From: Candidatus Micrarchaeum sp.
GTDB lineage: Archaea; Micrarchaeota; Micrarchaeia; Micrarchaeales; Micrarchaeaceae
Length of the DNA stretch: 32,000 bases
NCBI RefSeq assembly: GCF_016806735.1
Contig: NZ_CP060530.1
Location: forward strand, 420,001-452,000
Direction of reading: 5' to 3'
Shown: one piece after another, positions 17,336-25,675 of the stretch
Numbering within the stretch: position 1 is the stretch's first letter
Layout of the letters: every line of letters starts with the position of its first letter
Notes under the pieces: model-generated
Told to the model about the DNA's origin: nothing
Seen by the model: only the letters and a program-made list of their open reading frames with translations
Databases searched by the model: none
Made by a program: the position numbers and the translations under genes

Positions 17336-18340
17336 TTGAAGGCAATAACACTAATACTTGCATTTGCGATTCTTTTGCATTTAGCCTTGGCTGCGTCTTC
17401 AATACAATATTATCCCGCTGCAAACGAGGCAGGTGCATTTTATAACGGTTCGGTTATAACCTATAATTATACTGGAAGCTATTCCTGCTACCCTCCACTT
17501 AGCTCTACAATTCCGAATGCAACTGCCAACGAAACGGATTACCCATGCTATGCAGGCATTGCTTCTAATTCATCGCAGGCACTTCCGGACTGGATATTGG
17601 TTCCCGCATATGCTGGAATGAGCATATTCGGCGTCAACTCAACCAACGGCATGCCCATCTTCAGAAACTCTACCTTTTACGTCAATTGCGGCGCTGGCAA
17701 CAGCTCGTCAATGTGCCAGCCTGATCCAAAATTTGTATATTCTCCAGATTTTGCAAAGATCGAAAATTTAATCGGAGAGAGCAGCTTTGACGGCCTGCCA
17801 AATGGCGTAATGACATTGCCTGCACACTCGCACCTTATCAACAATACTTTCCACAATGACCCAATACCTTGGTACGTAATAATAGTATACGTTTTTGACC
17901 CCAACATAATGCCAAACGTTACGAACGGAAAATGCACACAGGTTGTACCTTCAAACATCTCCAACCCTACAGGGAATTGCTTAACCTCATTGTCCGCAAT
18001 AAAACGGGCTATGCGGACGAAGGACAACGCCACGACCAATGCCAACATTGGCAACCCCGTATGGGATGCAATGGGCAAGCCAACTGCCGAAGTTTACATA
18101 CCTAACGATACATCGCAATCAGAAGTCGGAAATCCAAACACAAACATAGTAGTCCCATTCGCCGCAAAGAACAATAACTTCTATTTCTCTAGGCTCTCGA
18201 ACAGCACTGTGACAACTACGCAGCAGCAAAAAGCCAAAACGATTGGATTGAATGTTGGTGCGATAGCTGTTGCAGTCATAATTATATTGGCTATATTCGG
18301 GCTGTTCTACCTGCTGCTTTCAAAGCGCAATAGTAAATAA
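17336..18340 (+). CDS. Secreted, C-terminally membrane-anchored glycoprotein (surface protein), function unknown
   Basis: ORF track, 334 aa, TTG start. Signal-peptide-like MKAITLILAFAILLHLALAASS. 14 N-x-S/T sequons and 6 Cys by my manual count. Thr/Gln linker followed by the TM helix IGLNVGAIAVAVIIILAIFGLFYLLL and a basic tail SKRNSK. TATA-like aaaattatataaatt at 17296-17310. Confidence 0.65.
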   Translation: MKAITLILAFAILLHLALAASSIQYYPAANEAGAFYNGSVITYNYTGSYSCYPPLSSTIPNATANETDYPCYAGIASNSSQALPDWILVPAYAGMSIFGVNSTNGMPIFRNSTFYVNCGAGNSSSMCQPDPKFVYSPDFAKIENLIGESSFDGLPNGVMTLPAHSHLINNTFHNDPIPWYVIIVYVFDPNIMPNVTNGKCTQVVPSNISNPTGNCLTSLSAIKRAMRTKDNATTNANIGNPVWDAMGKPTAEVYIPNDTSQSEVGNPNTNIVVPFAAKNNNFYFSRLSNSTVTTTQQQKAKTIGLNVGAIAVAVIIILAIFGLFYLLLSKRNSK

Positions 18341-18360
18341 AAAATATTACAAAATATTAC

Positions 18361-18378
18361 TTTTCTTATTTTGATTTT
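18361..18378 (+). terminator. T-rich tract after the surface protein gene; possible archaeal terminator
   Basis: ttttcttattttgatttt starts 21 nt after the stop at 18338-18340. Confidence 0.3.
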
Positions 18379-18445
18379 AAGCTAAGATATAAATTACCTC
18401 GATAAAGAATATCTTATTGGAAGTGCGCAAAACACCCGCTAATAA

Positions 18446-18982
18446 ATGATATATATGTATTCAAACTTGCCGGAACTTGAAATCATAAAGCAAAAAAGGA
18501 AAAAGCTCAATCTTACACAGCAATATCTTGCATCAAAATGCAATATAAGCCAGTCGCTGCTTGCAAAAGTCGAACTCGGAAAGGTAACTCCAAATTATAA
18601 TATCGCCAAGCGCATTTTCGAAACCCTGGAACAGCTCGAAGTCTCGGACTCAGAGAAAGCCTATGAAATAATGAACAAGACTGTCATATCTCTTAAGCCT
18701 GGAGACCGCGTATCAAAGGCAGTAGCCATTGCGCTCAAGCGCGGCATATCTCAATTCCCTGTTGTGGAAAACGGAAGAGTAATAGGGTCCATAACGACTG
18801 CAGACCTGCTCGATGCGGAAAAAGGCTCCACAATATCAAAATACATGTCGCCAGCTATGCCTAGCGTTGGCAAGTCAATGCCTGTCTCTGCAATAAAGGA
18901 TATATTAAAAATAAGCGGCGCCGTTCTGGTAACCGATTCAGGGAAAGTCGTCGGAATAATAACTCCTGAAGAGCTTCTCTGA
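18446..18982 (+). CDS. XRE-type HTH + CBS-domain protein (putative transcriptional regulator)
   Basis: ORF track, 178 aa. HTH_3-like KRKKLNLTQQYLASKCNISQSLLAKVELGKVTPNYNIAKRIFETL, followed by CBS-like segments (ISQFPVVENGRVIGSITTADLL; GAVLVTDSGKVVGIITPEELL). Confidence 0.8.
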   Translation: MIYMYSNLPELEIIKQKRKKLNLTQQYLASKCNISQSLLAKVELGKVTPNYNIAKRIFETLEQLEVSDSEKAYEIMNKTVISLKPGDRVSKAVAIALKRGISQFPVVENGRVIGSITTADLLDAEKGSTISKYMSPAMPSVGKSMPVSAIKDILKISGAVLVTDSGKVVGIITPEELL

Positions 18983-18991
18983 TCCTGAGAA

Positions 18992-19810
18992 TCAGGCCTT
19001 GACCAAAGTATAAAATTCCGGGTTCGCAGTGCCAAGTAGCATAGCCTTTAGCATTCCTGGCCTTGTTATGTTGAAAATATATCCTTCGGCACCGGTGCGC
19101 TTGCAGGTTTCGTAGAGCCTTGCCAGTTTGGTTTTCATGCCTCCTGTGACATCAACTCTGGCATTTGACACGCCTGTGTTTTCCAATGCAGAGCCTATGT
19201 TTGCCGAGTCGATAACGTCTATGTGCTTGGCATCAGGGTGCTCTTTTGGATTTGCTGTAAAAACTCCGTCAGTATCGGAGCCGTAAAGTACCTTTTTGGG
19301 CTTTATTTCCTTTGCTATGAAATCAAGGACCTTTTCTGTAGAAGCTATGGATACGCCTTTGCTCTTATCCATTATGACGTCTCCGTAAACAACTGGTATG
19401 AATCCTTTTTCCACTGCGCCTGCAATATGGTCGCAGAATCCAGCCCCCAGCTCTCCATTGTCGGCCAATGAAAAATTTGCCGGAGAAAATGGGTAGAGCG
19501 GTATCTCAAGCCTTATTCCCTCACTTATAAATATATCATTCAGCTGCTTCGCAGTCATGTGCGTTATCAGCGCTCCTAGCTTGCTGTTTGGATAAGCCAA
19601 GCCTTCGTTGACCTTGTACTGGGCAGCGGCGACATGCCCGAAAGAGCCGCTGCCGTGCCCAATAATAAGGTCAAACCCACCCGAGGAATATGCTTCATAT
19701 GCTTCTTCCAGAAGCGTGCCTATGGTCACAGGCCCAGACGCCACGGTGTTTGGCTTGGAAAGGTCAGTAATGACGCTGCCCCCTATCTTCAGAAGATACA
19801 AGTCCCTCAT
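18992..19810 (-). CDS. ipk: Isopentenyl phosphate kinase (amino acid kinase family; archaeal mevalonate pathway)
   Basis: ORF track, 272 aa. LLKIGGSVITD, IIGHGSGSFGH, PVVYGDV, GSDTDGVF, VDVTGGM. As I recall it, this matches the IPK pattern of Thermoplasma and Methanocaldococcus. Confidence 0.88.
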   Translation of the reverse strand: MRDLYLLKIGGSVITDLSKPNTVASGPVTIGTLLEEAYEAYSSGGFDLIIGHGSGSFGHVAAAQYKVNEGLAYPNSKLGALITHMTAKQLNDIFISEGIRLEIPLYPFSPANFSLADNGELGAGFCDHIAGAVEKGFIPVVYGDVIMDKSKGVSIASTEKVLDFIAKEIKPKKVLYGSDTDGVFTANPKEHPDAKHIDVIDSANIGSALENTGVSNARVDVTGGMKTKLARLYETCKRTGAEGYIFNITRPGMLKAMLLGTANPEFYTLVKA

Positions 19811-19891
19811 ATCAAACTACCGCCAAGCGTATGCAATGGGTCTGCAATATACGCACGAAGCTAACTTATTGTCTCTGTCCATGTATATATT

Positions 19892-19908
19892 CGATGGCAT
19901 CTCCATCG
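19892..19908 (-). terminator. Short hairpin downstream of the 160-aa ORF; possible terminator
   Basis: cgatgg catct ccatcg: 6-bp perfect stem with a 5-nt loop, 28 nt past the stop at 19936. No clear T-run follows, so support is weak. Confidence 0.2.
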
Positions 19909-19935
19909 TCAATTGTCCAATGCTATGCAAAGCAG

Positions 19936-20418
19936 TCATTCTGAAGCAACCCTGTGCTCGGCGTACTTGTACAGCGTTTCCCTTTCAGTGTCATTCAGGC
20001 TCATTTCTATTGAGCGCTCCATGCGATCTTCCGCCTCCTTTTTGTAGGAAGAAAGCCTTGTTTTCAGCTGCGATATGGCCCCCTTCTCATAAGAGTTCCT
20101 TTCGTCTCTGTAAGCCCTGTCAAGGCTATCCATGTAATCATCAAGCATGTATACTGTCGCCACCAGTAAGCTCTTGTCATTTATAAACCTTCTAACCTCG
20201 CTGGCGAACCTTTCCAGGTCCGATCCCGACACATCTTTATAAAGCAGGTAAATGTTGTCTGACCTGAGTATTCTGTCATCACCTTTCATGTGCGCATCGT
20301 ATACGCCTTCTATTACATAGATTTTTCCAAATTTTTCCAGCTTGCTGTAAATATATTCGGTGTTGCTCTTTTTTATCTCATCCACCATTTCTTTTACTGA
20401 GACTTTACGCTTGTCCAT
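19936..20418 (-). CDS. Hypothetical protein (160 aa), no recognisable domain
   Basis: ORF track. GGGTGAT SD lies 3 nt upstream of ATG 20418. A TATA-like caaataaatatttg (complement of about 20444-20457) lies upstream. Charged, probably alpha/beta N-terminal half and helical C-terminal half. Confidence 0.6.
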   Translation of the reverse strand: MDKRKVSVKEMVDEIKKSNTEYIYSKLEKFGKIYVIEGVYDAHMKGDDRILRSDNIYLLYKDVSGSDLERFASEVRRFINDKSLLVATVYMLDDYMDSLDRAYRDERNSYEKGAISQLKTRLSSYKKEAEDRMERSIEMSLNDTERETLYKYAEHRVASE

Positions 20419-20534
20419 GCAATCACCCTAATCTAGCGCCTTTTCAAATATTTATTTGTTTAACATGGTCGTGTAAACCTATTTATATTATATAAAGCGT
20501 TTCTACTTTATCGATTTCAATGCGGTTTGGTTAA

Positions 20535-22286
20535 ATGCTATTCAAAAAGGGGCAGAAAATTGATGAAGAGGCAAGCAAGGTCGCGTCTACACTATCCAAA
20601 GTTAAGGAGATAGGGTATACTAATTATTTTTCGGAGCCATGGCCAGGGGAACTCAGGTTCTCAAGCTATCGGGAAATATCAAAATTCCTGATAAACACTG
20701 CGCTTTTTGGGGGCGAGAAACTATTCCGCGATTCCGTAGACGCAATAAAATCGGTACTGTACAACAATCCGGATCACGAAGAGGCAAGGTATCTCAAGTT
20801 CATATGCAAGGAGTTTTCGTCAAGCACTATCAGCAGCTATGCTGCACTGGGCTTATCTGTAATGCTAGAAGTTCCGGACTATGAAGAACAGGCGTCATTG
20901 CTCGAAAATGCACGTGCCTTTTTTAGCACAGGCTTTGGCACATCCCAGATAAGCAACGTGGGGATAGAAGCTGCAATTCTTATAATGCTGGAATACGGCT
21001 CGGCTGAAGACAGGAAGAAAGCCTTCGAGTCGCTTCCGCACTCGGATTCCACTACGAAATACAAGGCAATAACGCTTATGGACACTTCAAAGCAGGAAGA
21101 TCTTAGGGCTTTAGCGGCAATACTTAAGTATCCAGAACCTTACATATCCCAATCTGCAGCAGACAAGCTTTATTCTTCATTGTTCAAGCTCGGAACGGAG
21201 GGCTTCGACGCTATTGCTGCCAAGCTTCTAGAAGCGATAATACCTAAGCTGCTGTCGAGCCACGAATCAGGAAACAGGGCCTCGTTGGAGAGCCAGGCAG
21301 GATTGCTGGTTGCAGCCTCTATGTACGCATCCCCAAAATCCCTTGAAGGGTATTCCAGCAGCGTCGTATCGCTTCTGGCTTCCGAAGATCCGCTTGCTTT
21401 CGGCGCAGGCTATTCTATGGCCGAAAAACTGCTGGCGAGGTCCATCATAAAGAAAAGCGAACTGCCCGAAGGATACGCATCCAAGACCAAAGATTTGGAA
21501 TTTTTTAGGGGAGCATATTTAACATCGGCAATAAGCCTCGGCATGCATTTAACAACTAGTGAAATTTATCGTGCCTACCTGGCAAACATAGAACGCATGT
21601 TCAGCGAGGGAATAATCTCAGAAAGGGACTATGAAAAAAAACTGAAGCTCAGGACCGATTTCGAACGCAAGGAAGAAACGGCTAGGAACAGCAGCGCGAT
21701 GCTGTTCGGCATACTTAATGCCGGATTTCCAAGCAGCTCTAATTCAAGGAACGAAAAATCCCTAAAAGATGTATCTGTCATAGGTGTTGACGAATATGAG
21801 CTTTTCAAAAACGCAATAGACAGTGTCATGGTTTCTGAAATAAAATGGCAGTCATGGCTAAGCCACAGCCTTAGAAAGGCCGCAACTTCAAGGAATCCTT
21901 ACAGGGCGTATTGGAACATGCTCCGCCTAGAGGCAAGGGCCAACTGGAAGGCATCAAAGGAAGCATATTACAGCTCCGAAACCAGTGGCATTTTTGACAG
22001 CTATATACTTGAGCATCTGAAGGTGCTGAACTTATACTCGAGCGTGGATCGCGTCAACAATAGGCTTTACCTAATGCATGAGACTGATTCAAATTCCAGG
22101 TTTGAGGCTATGGAAAAGCTAGCCAAAGCAATCTCGGAAAGCAACAAGAAGCTTGTTGAAATAGTTAGTGCTTATTGCAAGGATCACGGCGTAATCCCTA
22201 ACGAAGAGCATACAAAAGAATACGAAGAGCTGGTATCTGCCAACATGGGCATGATAAAAGAACTAAGGGCAATGTGCAAGAAATAA
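20535..22286 (+). CDS. Hypothetical protein (583 aa), all-alpha, possibly solenoid/HEAT-like
   Basis: ORF track. TATA-like cctatttatattatataaag at 20478-20497. No TM segment, no P-loop and no catalytic motif that I can recognise. Confidence 0.65.
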   Translation: MLFKKGQKIDEEASKVASTLSKVKEIGYTNYFSEPWPGELRFSSYREISKFLINTALFGGEKLFRDSVDAIKSVLYNNPDHEEARYLKFICKEFSSSTISSYAALGLSVMLEVPDYEEQASLLENARAFFSTGFGTSQISNVGIEAAILIMLEYGSAEDRKKAFESLPHSDSTTKYKAITLMDTSKQEDLRALAAILKYPEPYISQSAADKLYSSLFKLGTEGFDAIAAKLLEAIIPKLLSSHESGNRASLESQAGLLVAASMYASPKSLEGYSSSVVSLLASEDPLAFGAGYSMAEKLLARSIIKKSELPEGYASKTKDLEFFRGAYLTSAISLGMHLTTSEIYRAYLANIERMFSEGIISERDYEKKLKLRTDFERKEETARNSSAMLFGILNAGFPSSSNSRNEKSLKDVSVIGVDEYELFKNAIDSVMVSEIKWQSWLSHSLRKAATSRNPYRAYWNMLRLEARANWKASKEAYYSSETSGIFDSYILEHLKVLNLYSSVDRVNNRLYLMHETDSNSRFEAMEKLAKAISESNKKLVEIVSAYCKDHGVIPNEEHTKEYEELVSANMGMIKELRAMCKK

Positions 22287-22319
22287 ATTGAGCACATGCA
22301 AGCGCGGCAGCCGTTCTGA

Positions 22320-23057
22320 TTAACGCCTTTCAATTCCGGAAATAAAGTAATGCATGCCAAGAAGCCTGTTCAGCGCCAGCCTATCGTCAGCAAGCCCATT
22401 GATTATGTCGCTTTTGTTCAGCAGTGCTATGTTATAGCCGATATTGCCTCCTTCTACTATCCTAAAGCACGAAGATACGAAATCCTTGTAGCTATCTCCT
22501 CCACGGCCTATCTCTTCCATAAGTCTCTTGTAAAATTCGACTGCAAGCCCTGATAAAATGGCCTCTTCCGGAAAAAACCCGCTCTTGTTTTTTATTATTT
22601 CCGATATCGCGAACGAGTTTATTGCTATTCTATTCATCAGCGAAACAGCCTTTCTTGCCTGCTTTGGATCTTCAATTAGTGTATTGGCTACTTCAATATC
22701 AAGATCAAAAAGGCTTTTGTGCGAGCCACCTACGCTATATGCCTCGCCTATATCGTCAGATATATATATGGATGCCACCATGTCCAATATCATATTGGAA
22801 TAGTTGCGCTGGATTCGAGAGCCTTGGCTTGTTAGAATAACATCTTTAGACATAGTCTGTTTAATCCTGTCCAATAACCTTGAAAATTCCGTAGAATTGA
22901 GGAGTCTGCCTATTGCTCTTTCGTCAACTTCATCATGGATATTACCCATGCCTTTAAGCAGACGTGCACTGCCGTAAAATAAAGCCCCGTATTTTTGGAC
23001 CATTTCTTTGATTTTTTTGCTGTTAGTGCTGCCTTCAGAATCCCTGCTGCTATTCAT
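22320..23057 (-). CDS. Hypothetical protein (245 aa), alpha-helical
   Basis: ORF track. TATA-like tatataaataaatatt (complement of 23080-23095) is centred about 30 nt upstream of ATG 23057. The only motif noticed is a C-terminal R-x4-H (NRLLGMHYF), which is weak. Confidence 0.6.
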   Translation of the reverse strand: MNSSRDSEGSTNSKKIKEMVQKYGALFYGSARLLKGMGNIHDEVDERAIGRLLNSTEFSRLLDRIKQTMSKDVILTSQGSRIQRNYSNMILDMVASIYISDDIGEAYSVGGSHKSLFDLDIEVANTLIEDPKQARKAVSLMNRIAINSFAISEIIKNKSGFFPEEAILSGLAVEFYKRLMEEIGRGGDSYKDFVSSCFRIVEGGNIGYNIALLNKSDIINGLADDRLALNRLLGMHYFISGIERR

Positions 23058-23341
23058 AATATGATATTCAATTGAATAATATTTATTTATATACCTGGCC
23101 TAATCAGGAATATATAAATTTGAATAATGCATCAAACGCCGTTGGCATTATAAGACAAGCATAAATAAGGAAGTATAAGCAGGAACAATACCGCTTATAA
23201 TAGCCGCAATGCCGAGCATGGCAGCGCCAAATATCGTCGCATCATGCTGCCAAGGAAACTAAAACGGGCTAAAATTTCCAAAAGTAAACGCTGAAATTGG
23301 AAAGGCATTAATTGTTTTGAGAGAAAAAGCATTGTGATTAT

Positions 23342-24007
23342 ATGGTTGAATTTAAATGGCTGGGCCATGCGGCATGGCTCATAGATTTTGGAACCGCAAA
23401 AGTCATAATAGATCCATTTCTCGACAGCAACCCTGCCTCTGCAATGAAGAGTGCCGAAATCAACGGCGTAGATTACGTATTCGTAACGCACAACCACTTC
23501 GACCATATGGGCGATGCGGTAAAGATAGCAAACGCCAACAACGCCAAGCTTGTGGCTGTTTTTGAAACCGTTGAGGAAGCAAAAAAGGCGGGCCTAAAGG
23601 AAGAGCTAGCAATGGGCATGAACATCGGCACATACGTCAATCTCGGCAAGCTTGAAGCTGCGCTTACGTTCGCCCTCCACAGCGGGAACCCCTCCGGAGT
23701 GGTAATAAGGTGCAATGGCGTCACCGCATACCATGCCGGAGACACTGGCCTTTTCGGCGACATGAAGCTGATAGGAGAAACATACAAGCCAGAAGTCGCT
23801 ATGCTCCCGATAGGGGGATTTTTCACTATGGGCCCCAAGGAGGCTGCAAGAGCAGCAGAATGGCTCGGAACAAAAGTGGTCCTTCCGATGCATTTCAACA
23901 CGTTTCCTGCGATAAAGCAGAACCCGGAGGAATTAAAGGAGATGCTAAAAAGCAAGGCGGAAGTACCTATACTTAACCCTGGAGATTCCTACAGTTTCGG
24001 GAACTAA
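23342..24007 (+). CDS. UPF0173-type metal-dependent hydrolase (metallo-beta-lactamase fold)
   Basis: ORF track, 221 aa. FKWLGHAAWLIDFGTAKVIIDPFL, DYVFVTHNHFDHMGDA (HxHxDH variant), AYHAGDTG. GTGAT SD lies 2 nt upstream of the ATG. Confidence 0.85.
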   Translation: MVEFKWLGHAAWLIDFGTAKVIIDPFLDSNPASAMKSAEINGVDYVFVTHNHFDHMGDAVKIANANNAKLVAVFETVEEAKKAGLKEELAMGMNIGTYVNLGKLEAALTFALHSGNPSGVVIRCNGVTAYHAGDTGLFGDMKLIGETYKPEVAMLPIGGFFTMGPKEAARAAEWLGTKVVLPMHFNTFPAIKQNPEELKEMLKSKAEVPILNPGDSYSFGN

Positions 24008-24023
24008 AGGTTTGTGCATCTGC

Positions 24024-25631
24024 TCATAGCTTGGAGAAGCCGCTTACCAACGCGGATTTTTCCTCCTTTAGGCTCATTGAGTTAAAAACGGATATCTTAA
24101 CCCTGTTCTTATACCTGAGCCTTGCCTTGTAAAAAGGCATGTAAAAGATTGAATGCTCTTCTAGCTTGCATCCAGGGTAGTTCATTTCTATTATCCTGCC
24201 AAGCTTTTCCGTATCGATGTCCATTACCATTCCATCAGGCTTGGCTGCAAATGTCTGGGGTATGCGCTTGTTTGTCTTAGGAAGCTGAACCGACCTGTAC
24301 TCTTTCCCGTCAAACGAGAGAAGGCCCTTGTTTTCAAGGCTTATAAGCAGATTCTCCATGCGTTCTACTGTCAAGCCGCATGCCTTCGCAAGCTTCGAGC
24401 TTTTGGCGTGCTTTAGCCTTCTAAGGGTTTCCAAGGTGGAGAATTCGACTGCATTCAGGCTGTTAGCCTTCTGTGGTGCGTGCCTCAATATTTTTGGGCT
24501 GCCGTGCAGCGACACCTCGCGCATGCTGCTGTCGTATATTGCTTCTATCTCGTCGTATTCCGATCCCTTGCCTCTAGGAACCAGTATCTTGACGTAAGCA
24601 AATGGCACATAAACGGTATCTATGGACTCTACGGAGTAGCCCCTTTTCGGCATCAAACGCGTTATGGCTCCCTTGGTTCCCTGCAAGCGCTGCATCAGCT
24701 CCTCCTTTTCACGTATTCCGCTGACCACATTTATCTCTTCTGCTCTCTGTTTTTCCTGGGCATTAGTTGTGCGCGCCTTTTGCCTGGGCTGCTTGCTTCC
24801 TGTTCTTTGCTCCACTGACGAGTTCTTGAGCTGTGATATGACGGATTCGAGGCTTATCTCCGTTCCGCTGCTGTAATCTATTGAAGGCGTGCTGCCCACG
24901 TGCGCTAAGCTCCTGCCCTTTACCTTGAAGACATCCTCGTTTCCCGTGCCGAAAGGAAGGAATTCTCCAGTTCCGAGCTTAGCCACCTCTTCCATGCGCT
25001 TCCTGTTCTCCAGCAGTATGCTTATGCTGTCAAAATCGTTCTCTATCGTTAGCTTGCCTATGAATCCGTATGAGCACTGTGCCAGGACGTTCTTGCTTAT
25101 GTTTGCAGGCCTCTGCGTGGCCACGAGCAGGCCTATGCCGCGCTTCCTGCCCCTGACGCTTACCTCTTCTATTATGTTTATCCTGCTTTTTACAATCTGG
25201 GGAACAAACTTGTCAGCCTCTTCTATGATAACCAGATAGGGGTTCCTGAGCTCTTCTTCCACGTCGTATAAGGCTCTTACTGCCTCATACACCGCATGCT
25301 GCGGATCGACGGCATCGGATACGTCCATTACTACGGGCTTCTTCGCCTGTATGCTCTGCCTGAAGAGCAGCCCGTAGTCGGTATCAAGGCCTATGTTTGC
25401 CTCAGGCCCGCTTCCGACTACTATAAGCCCATAGGCCTTTCCCAGATTCACATACTCGCCTTCTGTATCTACAATAAGGAAGGGAAGGTGCGACTTTGAC
25501 AGCTCCTCGGCTATAACCCCTATAAGGAATGATTTGCCGGAGCCGCTCTGCCCTATGACACAGCATCTTCCGGTAAGCAGCTTCTGAGCGTCTATGTCAA
25601 CGCCCTGAGCTATATTTATCTGCATGATCAT
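24024..25631 (-). CDS. HerA/FtsK-superfamily (DUF87-like) P-loop ATPase with a C-terminal winged-helix domain
   Basis: ORF track, 535 aa. Walker A VIGQSGSGKS, Walker B YLVIIEEADKF, ATQRP sensor motif. After a basic/Gln-rich linker there is a wHTH-like LNAVEFSTLETLRRLKHAKSSKLAKACGLTVERMENLLISLENKGLLSF. No TM segment. Confidence 0.8.
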   Translation of the reverse strand: MIMQINIAQGVDIDAQKLLTGRCCVIGQSGSGKSFLIGVIAEELSKSHLPFLIVDTEGEYVNLGKAYGLIVVGSGPEANIGLDTDYGLLFRQSIQAKKPVVMDVSDAVDPQHAVYEAVRALYDVEEELRNPYLVIIEEADKFVPQIVKSRINIIEEVSVRGRKRGIGLLVATQRPANISKNVLAQCSYGFIGKLTIENDFDSISILLENRKRMEEVAKLGTGEFLPFGTGNEDVFKVKGRSLAHVGSTPSIDYSSGTEISLESVISQLKNSSVEQRTGSKQPRQKARTTNAQEKQRAEEINVVSGIREKEELMQRLQGTKGAITRLMPKRGYSVESIDTVYVPFAYVKILVPRGKGSEYDEIEAIYDSSMREVSLHGSPKILRHAPQKANSLNAVEFSTLETLRRLKHAKSSKLAKACGLTVERMENLLISLENKGLLSFDGKEYRSVQLPKTNKRIPQTFAAKPDGMVMDIDTEKLGRIIEMNYPGCKLEEHSIFYMPFYKARLRYKNRVKISVFNSMSLKEEKSALVSGFSKL

Positions 25632-25675
25632 ATTTCACTGCTAAAATTAAATAAGCTTGATATGCCGCAGCGCAT

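Noticed and set aside
18341-18360. Perfect tandem duplication aaaatattac x2 right after the surface-protein stop codon
   Set aside because: Only two units of an AT-rich 10-mer are present. This is most simply a slippage duplication within a terminator/spacer region, and there is no array or mobile-element context.
22320-23057. HEPN RNase assignment for the 245-aa orphan, based on the C-terminal R-x4-H (NRLLGMHYF)
   Set aside because: A single R-x4-H spacing is expected by chance fairly often in a protein of this size. The residue after Arg is not the usual polar Asn/Asp/His, and no partner nucleotidyltransferase motif (G[SG]-x9-13-D-x-[DE]) is present in the neighbouring ORFs. It is kept only as a weak note inside the orphan-cluster finding.
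23148-23219. 23-codon hydrophobic mini-ORF (MLGIAAIISGIVPAYTSLFMLVL) on the minus strand in the long spacer
   Set aside because: No TATA or SD lies upstream, it is very short, and the hydrophobic translation can arise by chance. It cannot be supported without expression or conservation data.
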